Positions 20,247 to 31,002 of a stretch of DNA of 56,081 bases are shown here, piece after piece. The notes below the pieces were generated by a model that was not told the origin of the DNA, did no database searches, and saw only the letters and a program-made list of their open reading frames with translations. This DNA is from an uncultured Proteiniphilum sp. (GTDB lineage Bacteria > Bacteroidota > Bacteroidia > Bacteroidales > Dysgonomonadaceae): NCBI GenBank assembly GCA_964535975.1, contig CAZHWC010000002.1:1-56081 (forward strand), in the 5' to 3' direction. A program made the translations under genes and the position numbers. How positions within the stretch are numbered: position 1 is the first letter of the stretch; every line of letters starts with the position of its first letter.

Positions 20247-22137
20247 AAAAAAAAATAAATACGCTAAAAGGAGGTATGTAATCATTTCTATTGTGGTTAT
20301 GATTATTGTTGTTTATTCGGCTCAGCTGTTTAAACTTCAAATTATGAGCCCGGAATATAGGAAATATGCAGATAGTAATGCTTTTTATAGAAAAACATTA
20401 TATCCTGCACGCGGATCTATTTATGATAGAAATGGCAATTTGCTGGTTTACAATAAACCAACATACGACGTGATGATGGTTGTGAGAGAGATGGGTGACT
20501 TTGATACTCTTGATTTTTGTAATACCTTAAATATTGATATTGAGTCATTTAGGCAGCTTGATGCTGAAATGAGAGATAAAAGAAGAAATCCCGGATATTC
20601 GTCATACACTCCACAATTATTTAAAACGCAGCTAGACATAGAAGAATATGGACTTCTGCAAGAGAAACTTTATAAATTCCCGGGAGTATATATTCAGAAT
20701 AGAACTGAACGTCAGTATAAGTACCCTAATATGGGATTGATACTAGGATATGTGGCCGAAGTAGATAAAAATAAGATGGCCGCTGATCCTTATTATGTTA
20801 GAGGTGATTATGTTGGGAAATCGGGAATTGAACTTTCACACGAGGAAGATCTGAGAGGGGAAAAAGGAGTGGAGGTATTATTGCGTGATGCCCATGGTCG
20901 TATTCAAGGTAAATATAAAGATGGTGAATTTGATAAGTTGCCGGAATCAGGTCGTGATTTAACTCTTTCTGTTGACATTGATTTACAAGCTTATGGTGAG
21001 TATCTTATGCAAAATAAGATAGGTTCTATAATTATGATTGAACCTGAGACAGGAGAAATTTTGTGTATGGTGGCAGCACCTTCTTATGATCCATCTATAC
21101 TTACTGGTAAGAATTTTGGCAAGAACTACTTGCAGCTTGAAAGAGACCCGTATAAACCACTAATTAACAGGGCTACATCTGGTCTGTATCCACCCGGATC
21201 CACCTTTAAACCATCACAAGGGCTAATTTTTTTGCAGGAAGGAATAATTAGTCCTGAAACAAGATATAGTTGTTATGGAGGATATCCACCACTTGGTGGT
21301 AGACCAAAGTGTCACGGGCATCCTTCGCCTTTGAATTTGCAGCCTTCGATTGCAACATCCTGCAACTCCTTTTTCTGCTATGGGCTTAATGCTATGATAA
21401 GCAACAGAACTAAATATACGAGTAATTTAGAAGCTTTTGAGGTTTGGAAAAACCATATGGTAAATTTGGGATTTGGGTATAAATTAGATGTGGACTTACC
21501 ATCTGAAAAAAGAGGGTTTATACCCAACAGTAAATATTATTCAAATGCATTTAAGACTGAAAAGTGGAATGCTCATAATATAATATCAATTGCAATTGGT
21601 CAGGGTGAAATATTATCTACGCCTTTGCAATTAGCAAATTTTTCGGCACTGATAGCTAATAGAGGATATTATTATAAACCTCATGTAGTGAAAGAGAGAA
21701 AGGGCAAATCTATAGATACTTTATACACAAAAAGAAGAGAGTCGGGAATAGATAGAGAGCATTTTGAATTAACAGTTAATGGAATGGCGGATGCTGTTAC
21801 CAACGGTACTTGTAGAAGAGTGAATATGGAGCCCTATCTAACAGTATGTGGAAAAACAGGTACTGCAGAAAACCCACATGGAGCTGACCATTCTTTATTT
21901 ATTGGCTTTGCTCCTAAAGATGATCCAAAAGTTGCAATCGCAGTGATAGTTGAGAATGGTGGTTTTGGAGCAACAAATGCAGTTCCAATTGCCAGATTGA
22001 TGTTGCAGAAGCATCTTATGGGTGAAATTATGGAACAAGATAAATATTTAGAGAAATCTTTAGCCGAACGTGTAATTTTACCATTCATATATAAGAAAAA
22101 TATGGATAAAGCATTGAGTGCTAGCAATGCCGAGTAA
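20239..22137 (+). CDS. mrdA: Penicillin-binding protein 2
   Basis: PARGSIYDRNG, STFK (SxxK), SCN (SxN), KTGT; TTG start overlapping mreD. Confidence 0.95.
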   Translation: MAEKKNKYAKRRYVIISIVVMIIVVYSAQLFKLQIMSPEYRKYADSNAFYRKTLYPARGSIYDRNGNLLVYNKPTYDVMMVVREMGDFDTLDFCNTLNIDIESFRQLDAEMRDKRRNPGYSSYTPQLFKTQLDIEEYGLLQEKLYKFPGVYIQNRTERQYKYPNMGLILGYVAEVDKNKMAADPYYVRGDYVGKSGIELSHEEDLRGEKGVEVLLRDAHGRIQGKYKDGEFDKLPESGRDLTLSVDIDLQAYGEYLMQNKIGSIIMIEPETGEILCMVAAPSYDPSILTGKNFGKNYLQLERDPYKPLINRATSGLYPPGSTFKPSQGLIFLQEGIISPETRYSCYGGYPPLGGRPKCHGHPSPLNLQPSIATSCNSFFCYGLNAMISNRTKYTSNLEAFEVWKNHMVNLGFGYKLDVDLPSEKRGFIPNSKYYSNAFKTEKWNAHNIISIAIGQGEILSTPLQLANFSALIANRGYYYKPHVVKERKGKSIDTLYTKRRESGIDREHFELTVNGMADAVTNGTCRRVNMEPYLTVCGKTGTAENPHGADHSLFIGFAPKDDPKVAIAVIVENGGFGATNAVPIARLMLQKHLMGEIMEQDKYLEKSLAERVILPFIYKKNMDKALSASNAE

Positions 22138-22143
22138 CAAAAT

Positions 22144-23601
22144 ATGTATAGAATAAGTAATATACCTCATGATAAAGAGCATATAGACTGGTTTACAGTT
22201 GTAATGTATTTGCTATTTGTTGTTTTGGGTTGGTTTAATATATATGCTGCAAGTTTCGATCTTGAAACTTCTGTCAGTATGTTTGATATATCCGGTAGAG
22301 CAGGGATGCAGCTTGTCTGGATTGGGGTATCTTTAGTTGTGATTTTTACTATACTTAAATTAGATATTTCCTTTTTTGAAAACAATGCTTTCTTGTTCTA
22401 TCTTATTGGTATTGGGGTTTTAGTTCTTACCTATTTTGTTGCACCCGATATTAAAGGTTCGCGATCATGGTTGGTGATTGGAAGTTTTAGATTGCAACCT
22501 GCTGAGTTTATGAAGTTTGTAAATGTGCTAATGCTTTCTAAAATATTTAGCATATATAACTTTAAATTGATGGAGCCAAAAAATATTTTAATGGTTTCAG
22601 CTGTAATATTATTGCCAACTATTTTAGTTATTATGCAAAGCGAGACGGGGACTGCGTTAGTTTACCTTAGCCTGATTTTTGTACTGTATAGGGAGGGATT
22701 GCCTGGTGGATTCTTATTTATGGGAGTAGCTTTTATAATTTACTTTGTACTAACTATAAAGTTCTCTGGTACAGAATTGGGGGTGCTATCATTGGGTGAG
22801 ATTTATACGGTAGGCTTGATTATATTTTTTGCGGCATTGCTAGTTAAAAACTATATGAAAAGAAATGATGTTCCCATCATAATGATTTCTATTGGACTAA
22901 TTATATCTGGAATAGGTGTTGTAATGAGTAGATTGGGGATTGATGTTAATGTGGGTTTACTTGCATTAATTGGCTTAGGCACAATATCATTATATCTTTT
23001 GTATCTATTGTTGAGATATAGAAGAAGAACATATCTGTATATTCTTCTTTTTGTTCTGGGCTCATTTGCTTTTGTAGAGTCTAGTGAATATGTTTTTATG
23101 GATATAATGCAGCCTCACCAACAAATGCGTATAAAAGTTACTTTGGGGATGGAGCAAGATTTGCAAGGATCTGGTTATCACGTGGGGCAGTCTAAAATTG
23201 CAATTGGTTCCGGTGGTCTCACCGGCAAAGGATATTTAAATGGAACTCAAACGAAGTTGAAGTATGTACCTGAGCAGGATACAGATTTTATATTTTGTAC
23301 AATTGGAGAAGAGTGGGGCTTCTTGGGGTCTCTTATCACTCTTGTGATGTTTGCTGTATTTATAATTAGATTAATTATTATGTCTGAACGGCAAGTTACT
23401 ACTTTTGGACGGGTGTATGGGTATGGAGTTGTTAGTATTTTCTTGTTTCACTTATTAGTAAACATTGGCATGGTAATTGGCATTATGCCCGTAATCGGTA
23501 TCCCCCTTCCATTTTTTAGCTATGGAGGTTCATCTATATTGGCATTTTCTATATTGCTATTTGTATTTCTTAGGATAGATAAGTCAAGGAAAAAATATTA
23601 A
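22144..23601 (+). CDS. rodA: SEDS peptidoglycan glycosyltransferase RodA
   Basis: LQPAEFMK, AIGSGG..GKG, PEQDTDFIF, GIPLPFFSYGGSS. Confidence 0.95.
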   Translation: MYRISNIPHDKEHIDWFTVVMYLLFVVLGWFNIYAASFDLETSVSMFDISGRAGMQLVWIGVSLVVIFTILKLDISFFENNAFLFYLIGIGVLVLTYFVAPDIKGSRSWLVIGSFRLQPAEFMKFVNVLMLSKIFSIYNFKLMEPKNILMVSAVILLPTILVIMQSETGTALVYLSLIFVLYREGLPGGFLFMGVAFIIYFVLTIKFSGTELGVLSLGEIYTVGLIIFFAALLVKNYMKRNDVPIIMISIGLIISGIGVVMSRLGIDVNVGLLALIGLGTISLYLLYLLLRYRRRTYLYILLFVLGSFAFVESSEYVFMDIMQPHQQMRIKVTLGMEQDLQGSGYHVGQSKIAIGSGGLTGKGYLNGTQTKLKYVPEQDTDFIFCTIGEEWGFLGSLITLVMFAVFIIRLIIMSERQVTTFGRVYGYGVVSIFLFHLLVNIGMVIGIMPVIGIPLPFFSYGGSSILAFSILLFVFLRIDKSRKKY

Positions 23602-23611
23602 TATAACACTA

Positions 23612-24496
23612 ATGTTAGTAGATTCAGATAGAATAAACTTATTCTTTTCGGAAAAGGTACCCTTAATCTCAATATTATTAAAAGGGCTAGGGCAAATCAT
23701 GTTGCAGGAAAATGTTATAACTGGTTTGATTTTTTTGATTGGGTTGTCAATAGGTTCGCACACAATGGCTATAGCAGCAATAGTATCAGTTGTAAGCGGC
23801 AATATTGTTGCTGTACTTCTTAAATATGACAAGAAAGAGATAAAATCAGGTTTGTATGGTTTCAGCCCGGCACTGGTTGGTGTGGCATTGATATTGTTTT
23901 ACAAACCTCAAGCGATAGTGTGGTGTAGTATAGTTGTTGGTTCTATGCTTGCGGCTATCCTTCAACATTTTTTTATTGTAAAAAAAATACCTGCATTCAC
24001 TCTTCCTTTTGTATTAGTTACATGGGCAGCTTTATATCTGTTTAATAATTTATATATAATTGAGCCTTCAATGGTCTTAAAAGATAATGATGAAATAATT
24101 AATAAATATATGTTTGCTTTTAGAGGGATTGGGCAAGTGATATTTCAAGAAAAAACAATTATTGGTGTTGTTTTCTTTATTGGCATCCTAATAGCCTCTC
24201 CAATAAAGGCAGCATTTGCAATAACTGCTTCAATTATTTCGGGTCTTGTGGCTATTTTTCTATTTATGCCTATTGATTCAATATATATGGGATTATTTAG
24301 TTTTAATGCAGTGTTATGTGCAATTGTATTTGCAAGTAAAAATACAAATGGTATATTTTTCGCGGCATTATCTGTAATGCTATCATTGATAATTTCAGTT
24401 TTAATGTTTAAACTCAATCTTACTCAATTGACATTCCCATTTGTAGCGGCTTCTGCTACGATTATAGTCATTGAAAATAGATTAAAAAAGAATTAA
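23612..24496 (+). CDS. Urea transporter (UT/Yut family)
   Basis: Internally duplicated GLGQIMLQ/GIGQVIFQ, GLYGFS/GLFSFN, FTLPF/LTFPF motifs. Confidence 0.85.
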   Translation: MLVDSDRINLFFSEKVPLISILLKGLGQIMLQENVITGLIFLIGLSIGSHTMAIAAIVSVVSGNIVAVLLKYDKKEIKSGLYGFSPALVGVALILFYKPQAIVWCSIVVGSMLAAILQHFFIVKKIPAFTLPFVLVTWAALYLFNNLYIIEPSMVLKDNDEIINKYMFAFRGIGQVIFQEKTIIGVVFFIGILIASPIKAAFAITASIISGLVAIFLFMPIDSIYMGLFSFNAVLCAIVFASKNTNGIFFAALSVMLSLIISVLMFKLNLTQLTFPFVAASATIIVIENRLKKN

Positions 24497-24533
24497 TATA
24501 TTTGCAGCACGCAGATTAAATTACAGTACTGTT

Positions 24534-25742
24534 ATGTTTAAACCTCATAAAATTATATTCTATGTAGTTTTGTTATTATTGACAACTACTTTAAATGCAC
24601 AGGTAAAGTTGAGTAATAATGCCAAAATTAGCTTGATGACTGCCTCTCCATGGTCGGAGGCTGTATATGCATTATTTGGTCACACAGCACTTTATGTTGA
24701 AGATGATTCGACGGGGGTGGAAGGAGTTTTTAATTATGGTTTTTTTGATAGCTCCCAGCCAAATTTTATGTATAATTTTATTAGGGGTAAAACTGATTAT
24801 GTGTTAGGAGTTCAGACCCTTGAACAGTTTATTACGGATTATAAAATCAAAGGGGTAGAAGTTGTGGAGCAAGAGTTAAATATGTCGCAAGTTGAAAAAC
24901 AAAAGATGTGGGAGGCTCTATACATAAATCAGTTGCCGGAAAACAGAAGGTATAGATATAATTATTTTTATGATAATTGTGTTACCAGACCTCGTGATTT
25001 GATTGAAGAGTTTGTGAATGGAGAGATATTATATCCGGAAGATATCTCAACTCAGACTTATAGAGATTTAATTCATGAATGTGTTGAGAGTTATCCATGG
25101 ATAAAATTTGGAATAGATCTAATTATTGGTAGTGATGCAGATATTGCAATCAATCTTCGTCAAAAAATGTTCTTGCCAATCTATTTAATGAATGCTTTAG
25201 ATAATTCAACAATAGCTATAAATGATACTGTATCTAAACCGATTGTAAGTACAAGAGAAGTGGTTGTGGAGAAGACTTCAGGCGATAAATCAATTAACGA
25301 ATTATCTATGATATCTCCAATTGTTACAGCATTCGCATTAATAATTCTTACAGTTGTGATTTCTCTGTACCAATTAAAAGGAGGTCATGGTCTTATAATT
25401 AAATTATATGATACTTTGCTTTTTGGAATAACAGGAATAGGTGGCTTTATTATTCTATATTTAACCTTTTTCTCAGAACATCCCGCTACGGATTCAAATT
25501 GGAATTTTGTGTGGATGAATCTTTTTGCACTGATAGTGCCTATTTTTATTTGGCTAAAGCCTTTAAAAAATGTGGTAAGTTTATATCATTTTACTAACTT
25601 TGCCGTTCTAACGTTGTTCCTATTGCTATGGTGGGCAATACCGCAAAAAATACCATACGCAACTATCCCATTTACAATAAGTTTATTATTTAGATCGGGA
25701 ATATATATTATTATGTGGAGAAGAAAAAAGAACTGTAAGTAA
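24534..25742 (+). CDS. lnb: DUF4105 / Lnb-type lipoprotein N-acyltransferase candidate
   Basis: Signal peptide, LFGHTAL, FNYG.F, Y.YNYFYDNC(VT)R, C-terminal TM bundle; TATATTTG promoter element just upstream. Confidence 0.75.
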   Translation: MFKPHKIIFYVVLLLLTTTLNAQVKLSNNAKISLMTASPWSEAVYALFGHTALYVEDDSTGVEGVFNYGFFDSSQPNFMYNFIRGKTDYVLGVQTLEQFITDYKIKGVEVVEQELNMSQVEKQKMWEALYINQLPENRRYRYNYFYDNCVTRPRDLIEEFVNGEILYPEDISTQTYRDLIHECVESYPWIKFGIDLIIGSDADIAINLRQKMFLPIYLMNALDNSTIAINDTVSKPIVSTREVVVEKTSGDKSINELSMISPIVTAFALIILTVVISLYQLKGGHGLIIKLYDTLLFGITGIGGFIILYLTFFSEHPATDSNWNFVWMNLFALIVPIFIWLKPLKNVVSLYHFTNFAVLTLFLLLWWAIPQKIPYATIPFTISLLFRSGIYIIMWRRKKNCK

Positions 25743-25828
25743 GTTCTTTTCTTCAAAAAATAATAAAGTATATATAGAAAACTAATGTTAGCTTGATTAT
25801 TGCATATATAAAAATATAAATTGATTAA

Positions 25829-27415
25829 ATGATTAAATTAGTAACTTCACTTGTATTATTTTTATCTATTACCCAGGTAATGGCGGGTGAAGCTCATGTA
25901 ACCCCTAAATTGGTGGTAGGTATTACAATTGATCAATTGCGAGGTGACTATCTGGAGCTTTTTAAGCATGCATTTGGTGAAAAAGGGTTCAAACGATTGA
26001 TGAATGAGGGATTAGTGTATTCGGATATGAAGTTTAACTTTCCTAACGTAGATCGTGCTTCTTCAATCGCAACAATATATACAGGTGCTAATCCTGCTTA
26101 TCATGGGATTATCGGGGAGAATAAGCTAAATCAGAATGAAAACTTAGAAGTGTCGTCTTTTAAAGATGATTTTTATACGGGAGTTTTTACTAATGATAGA
26201 TACTCTCCATTATCTATAAGGGTTTCTACTTTAACAGATGAGCTTAAGATAGCCTCAAATGGACAGTCTGACGTGTTTGCTTTTGCTCCGGATGCCTCTC
26301 AAGCATTGAGTACGGGAGGTCATGCTGCAACTGCAGCATATTGGGTTGACAATTCAACCGGATTATGGGCAACATCTTCATTTTACAGGACTCAGAGATC
26401 TCTAGTTGATCAATATAATAAGACACAAGAGTCATTGTCTAAGAGAGTTAATTCAATATCATGGCGTCCGGAAATAGATGTTTCTAATTATAAAGCATTT
26501 CCTTATACACAGAATATATATAACTTTCAGCACTTTTTTGGAGCTGATAAAAAAAATAGCATTAAACTTCTGAAGCAATCACCTTATGTTAATAATGAAG
26601 TTAGGAATATTGCAGAGAAGGTTTTGAAGTTTAATAATTTGGGAAAGAGAGAGAATCCTGATTTTTTGGCTCTGACTTTCTATGCCGGAACTTATGAAAA
26701 CTCTCTTGATAAAAACTATTCGATAGAAATTCAAGATACTTATCGCAGACTGGATAATGATATTGCTGAGCTATTGGACTTAATAGATGAGAATGTGGGC
26801 TTTGAAAATGCTCTCATTTTTGTTGTGTCTACCGGATATTTCAATGAACAAGAGATATTTCCGGAAGGATATATATCATCGGGTGGAGATTTTTATCCGG
26901 AAAGAAGTGCTTCACTGCTTAATATGTATCTAATGGCAATATATGGTCGTGAGCAGTGGATAAGCAAGTATTACAATCAACAAATATTTTTTAATCGAAA
27001 ATTGATTGAAGATAAAAAAATAAACTTTGTTGAGCTTCAGCAAAAAGCAGCCGAGTTTCTTGTTCAATCGGCCGGAATTCAGGATGTTGTGACTTCATAT
27101 CAAATGCTTCATGGCGCATATAATCAAAACGTACAGTTTTATAGAAACGGATATTATAAAGGCATTTCCGGAGACTTATATATTGAAATGCAGCCCGGAT
27201 GGAGAATTAAGTATGAGAATACTGACTCAGAGGATAATTTCAGAGTAAGACAGAATGCTATAGTTACACCTATTATATTTTTTGGTAATAACATTAAACC
27301 TCAGAAGATTAGTAGGACTGTGGATGCTACTGAAATAGCACCCAGTGTTGCTCATAGGTTAAGAATTAGAGCTCCTAATGGTTCTCGAGTGCCAGTGTTA
27401 AACGAATTATTTTAA
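25829..27415 (+). CDS. Alkaline phosphatase (PafA-like) superfamily protein, apparently lacking catalytic residues
   Basis: [23 protein letters not shown]-terminus; C-terminal PIIFFG...IAP. Confidence 0.82.
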   Translation: MIKLVTSLVLFLSITQVMAGEAHVTPKLVVGITIDQLRGDYLELFKHAFGEKGFKRLMNEGLVYSDMKFNFPNVDRASSIATIYTGANPAYHGIIGENKLNQNENLEVSSFKDDFYTGVFTNDRYSPLSIRVSTLTDELKIASNGQSDVFAFAPDASQALSTGGHAATAAYWVDNSTGLWATSSFYRTQRSLVDQYNKTQESLSKRVNSISWRPEIDVSNYKAFPYTQNIYNFQHFFGADKKNSIKLLKQSPYVNNEVRNIAEKVLKFNNLGKRENPDFLALTFYAGTYENSLDKNYSIEIQDTYRRLDNDIAELLDLIDENVGFENALIFVVSTGYFNEQEIFPEGYISSGGDFYPERSASLLNMYLMAIYGREQWISKYYNQQIFFNRKLIEDKKINFVELQQKAAEFLVQSAGIQDVVTSYQMLHGAYNQNVQFYRNGYYKGISGDLYIEMQPGWRIKYENTDSEDNFRVRQNAIVTPIIFFGNNIKPQKISRTVDATEIAPSVAHRLRIRAPNGSRVPVLNELF

Positions 27416-27461
27416 ATGTAATTACATCAAATTTATAATCAGATTAAAACAAGACAATTAT

Positions 27462-30400
27462 ATGGGATTCAATAAATTTATAAGCAAGATATTTGGGAAT
27501 AAAGCTCAGAGGGATTTAAATAAAATAAATCCTATCGTGAATAAGATTAAAGATGCATATCCAGCGATTTCTAAGCTGTCAAATGACGAGCTTAGAGCTA
27601 AAACAAAGGAGTTGGAAGATACTATAAGCAGATATATTCATGAAGATAGAGCAAAAGTAAAGGAACTTAAGAAAAATATTAATAGCATCGACATGGAGAA
27701 AAGAGAGTCGGTGTGGAAAGAGATTGACAAAATAGAAGAGGAAATAACAAAGAAAATAGAAATAGTACTCGAAGATATTTTGCCGGAAGCTTTCTCTATT
27801 GTAAAGGAGACTGCTAAAAGATTTACAGAGAATGAAGAGATAGTGGTTACAGCTACGGAATTTGATAAAGATCTTGCTGCGACTCACGATTTTGTTAGAA
27901 TCGATGGTGATAAGGCTATTTACAAAAATAGATGGCTTGCAGGAGGTAATGAAGTGGTTTGGGATATGATTCATTATGATGTGCAACTTTTTGGTGGAGT
28001 TGTTTTGCATCAGGGGAAAATAGCTGAGATGGCAACGGGTGAAGGTAAAACTTTGGTTGCAACTCTTCCTGTCTTCCTGAATGCGTTGACTCACAGAGGA
28101 GTGCATGTTGTAACTGTTAATGATTATCTTTCAAAGCGAGACTCTGAATGGATGGGACCTATATATATGTTTCACGGCTTATCAGTTGATTGTATTGATA
28201 AACATCAGCCTAATTCGGATGCTAGACGTAAGGCGTATGAGTCTGATATAACATTTGGAACAAACAATGAGTTTGGTTTTGACTATCTTAGAGATAATAT
28301 GGCTATCTCTTCTAAAGACCTTGTGCAACGTGTACATAATTTTGCAATTGTGGACGAGGTGGACTCAGTTTTAATTGACGATGCCAGAACTCCTCTTATT
28401 ATTTCTGGTCCTGTGCCAAAAGGAGATGATCAACTTTTTGATGTTTTTAGACCAAAAGTAGAACATTTAGTTAAGCTACAAAGAGAGTTTACAACTAAGC
28501 TTCTTGCTGATGCTCGTATTAAAATGGCATCGAGTGATAAAAAAGAACAAGAAGAGGGTATGTTGCTTTTGTTTAGATCATATAAGGGTATGCCAAAGTA
28601 TAAACCTCTTATAAAATATCTGAGTGAGCAAGGAGTTAAGGCTGCATTATTAAAGACAGAAGAGTTTTATATGCAGGAGCAGTCGAGAAATATGCATGTT
28701 GCTACTGATCCTCTATTTTTTGTGATAGATGAAAAACAGAATAGTATAGAGTTGACTGATAAGGGTATAGACGCACTTACCGGAAACTCAGATGATCCAT
28801 ATTTCTTTGTTTTACCAGATATTGCAGGTCAGCTTGCGGAATTGGAGAATATGGATCTGTCGGAAGAAGAAATAACTAATAAAAAAGACGAGTTACTTCA
28901 GAATTATGCTATAAAGTCAGAGAGAGTGCATACCGTTAATCAATTATTAAAAGCATATACATTATTTGAAAAAGATGATGAGTATGTCGTAATTGATAAT
29001 AAAGTGAAGATTGTAGATGAGCAAACTGGTAGAATTATGGAGGGACGTAGATACTCTGACGGATTACACCAGGCAATAGAGGCAAAAGAGCATGTGAAGG
29101 TTGAAGCTGCAACTCAGACTTTTGCTACAATCACACTTCAGAACTACTTTAGAATGTATAATAAGCTTTCAGGTATGACAGGTACTGCTGAGACTGAAGC
29201 TGGAGAGTTCTGGGATATCTACAAACTAGATGTTGTAGTAATACCAACGAATCGTCCAATTTTGAGAAACGACATGAACGACCGTATTTATAAAACTAAA
29301 AGAGAGAAATATATGGCCGTAATTGAAGAAATTGAGAGCTATATTTCTAATGGTCGTCCCGTATTGGTGGGTACTACATCAGTTGAGATATCTGAATTGC
29401 TTGGCAGAATGCTTACTTTGAGAAAAATTACTCATAATGTATTGAATGCTAAACTACATCAACGAGAGGCTGAAATTGTTGCTAATGCTGGTCAAGAAGG
29501 TATGGTGACGATTGCAACAAATATGGCTGGTAGGGGAACTGATATAAAATTATCTAAATCTGTGAAGGATGCTGGTGGATTGGCAATTATTGGAACAGAG
29601 CGACATGAGAGTAGACGTGTGGATAGACAGTTGAGAGGTCGTGCCGGACGACAGGGAGATCCTGGTTCTTCAGTTTTCTTCGTTTCTTTAGAAGATGATT
29701 TGATGCGTTTGTTCGCAACTGAAAAGATTGCCGGACTTATGGATAGAATGGGATTCAAGGAAGGTGATGTTTTGGAACATGACATGTTAAATAAATCAGT
29801 TGAAAGAGCTCAAAAGAAAGTTGAAGAAAACAACTTTGGAATTAGAAAGAGACTTTTGGAATATGATGATGTTATGAACTCACAACGTGAAGTTATATAT
29901 AAGCGCCGAAGAAATGCTTTAATTGGTGAACGTATTGAAAATGATGTTGCTAACATAATAAAAGATACAGCTAGAAGTATTGTTGAAATTAATGAAGGTG
30001 ACTATGAAGGAATAAAACACGATCTCTTTAGGGTGATGGCATTGGATGTGCCATTCACAGAAGAGGATATGAAGGATATGAAAATGGAGTCTCAGCTTGA
30101 AACAGTTATGGAAAGCGCTATTAGTGCTTTCAAAAGAAAAACTGATAGAATGGCTGAGATCGTTAACCCAGTGATAAAAGATGTGTATGAGAACCAGGGT
30201 GCATTATATGAGAATATTCTTATTCCAATTACTGATGGGAAAAAGGTATATAATATATCAACTAATTTAAAAGATGCTTTTGAATCTGAGTCTAAGGAGT
30301 TGGTTAAGTCTTTTGAAAAATCTATACTGCTCCATACTATTGATGAGAATTGGAAAGATCACTTGAGGGAAATGGATGATTTGCGTCAGTCTGTTCAGAA

Positions 30401-30758
30401 TGCTAGTTATGAGCAGAAGGACCCTTTACTGATTTATAAATTGGAATCGTTTAATCTCTTTAAATTAATGGTTAATGATGTTAATTCGAAAGCTGTGTCA
30501 GTATTAATGAGAGGACAGGTACCAATACAAGATCCTCAAAATGTAAAACAGGCAGCCCCTGAACAAAAAACAGATTATAGTAAATATAGAACTCAAAAAG
30601 ATGAAATGGGAGGTTCTGTGTCGAATAATGAAAGCTCGCAAAAAACACAAGAGCGCAAGTTGGCACCGGTTAGAGTAGAGAAAAAAGTTGGAAGAAATGA
30701 ACCATGTCCGTGTGGAAGCGGAAAAAAATACAAGAGCTGTCATGGCAAGAACGAATAA
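27462..30758 (+). CDS. secA: Preprotein translocase ATPase SecA
   Basis: [43 protein letters not shown]. Confidence 0.98.
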   Translation: MGFNKFISKIFGNKAQRDLNKINPIVNKIKDAYPAISKLSNDELRAKTKELEDTISRYIHEDRAKVKELKKNINSIDMEKRESVWKEIDKIEEEITKKIEIVLEDILPEAFSIVKETAKRFTENEEIVVTATEFDKDLAATHDFVRIDGDKAIYKNRWLAGGNEVVWDMIHYDVQLFGGVVLHQGKIAEMATGEGKTLVATLPVFLNALTHRGVHVVTVNDYLSKRDSEWMGPIYMFHGLSVDCIDKHQPNSDARRKAYESDITFGTNNEFGFDYLRDNMAISSKDLVQRVHNFAIVDEVDSVLIDDARTPLIISGPVPKGDDQLFDVFRPKVEHLVKLQREFTTKLLADARIKMASSDKKEQEEGMLLLFRSYKGMPKYKPLIKYLSEQGVKAALLKTEEFYMQEQSRNMHVATDPLFFVIDEKQNSIELTDKGIDALTGNSDDPYFFVLPDIAGQLAELENMDLSEEEITNKKDELLQNYAIKSERVHTVNQLLKAYTLFEKDDEYVVIDNKVKIVDEQTGRIMEGRRYSDGLHQAIEAKEHVKVEAATQTFATITLQNYFRMYNKLSGMTGTAETEAGEFWDIYKLDVVVIPTNRPILRNDMNDRIYKTKREKYMAVIEEIESYISNGRPVLVGTTSVEISELLGRMLTLRKITHNVLNAKLHQREAEIVANAGQEGMVTIATNMAGRGTDIKLSKSVKDAGGLAIIGTERHESRRVDRQLRGRAGRQGDPGSSVFFVSLEDDLMRLFATEKIAGLMDRMGFKEGDVLEHDMLNKSVERAQKKVEENNFGIRKRLLEYDDVMNSQREVIYKRRRNALIGERIENDVANIIKDTARSIVEINEGDYEGIKHDLFRVMALDVPFTEEDMKDMKMESQLETVMESAISAFKRKTDRMAEIVNPVIKDVYENQGALYENILIPITDGKKVYNISTNLKDAFESESKELVKSFEKSILLHTIDENWKDHLREMDDLRQSVQNASYEQKDPLLIYKLESFNLFKLMVNDVNSKAVSVLMRGQVPIQDPQNVKQAAPEQKTDYSKYRTQKDEMGGSVSNNESSQKTQERKLAPVRVEKKVGRNEPCPCGSGKKYKSCHGKNE

Positions 30759-30788
30759 ATAATAGTTTTGCAAGCTTTAGCATTTTAC

Positions 30789-30826
30789 CACCCGAAGAAA
30801 GAATATTTCTTCGGGTGTTTCTTTTT
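30789..30826 (+). terminator. Intrinsic terminator after secA
   Basis: CACCCGAAGAAA-GAATA-TTTCTTCGGGTG perfect 12-bp stem plus T-rich tail. Confidence 0.9.
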
Positions 30827-31002
30827 AATAAAAGTGATAGAATGGTATTCAAAATAGTAAATTATCAGTGATTTCCTTTTGTTAAATCATGAAAAAGCTG
30901 TACCTTAGTGTGATATTTTAAATACATATTCAATATATATTTATGACGCTGATAATAAGTGATTTATAAATATATAATAAAGAAAATTAATCACATAATA
31001 AT

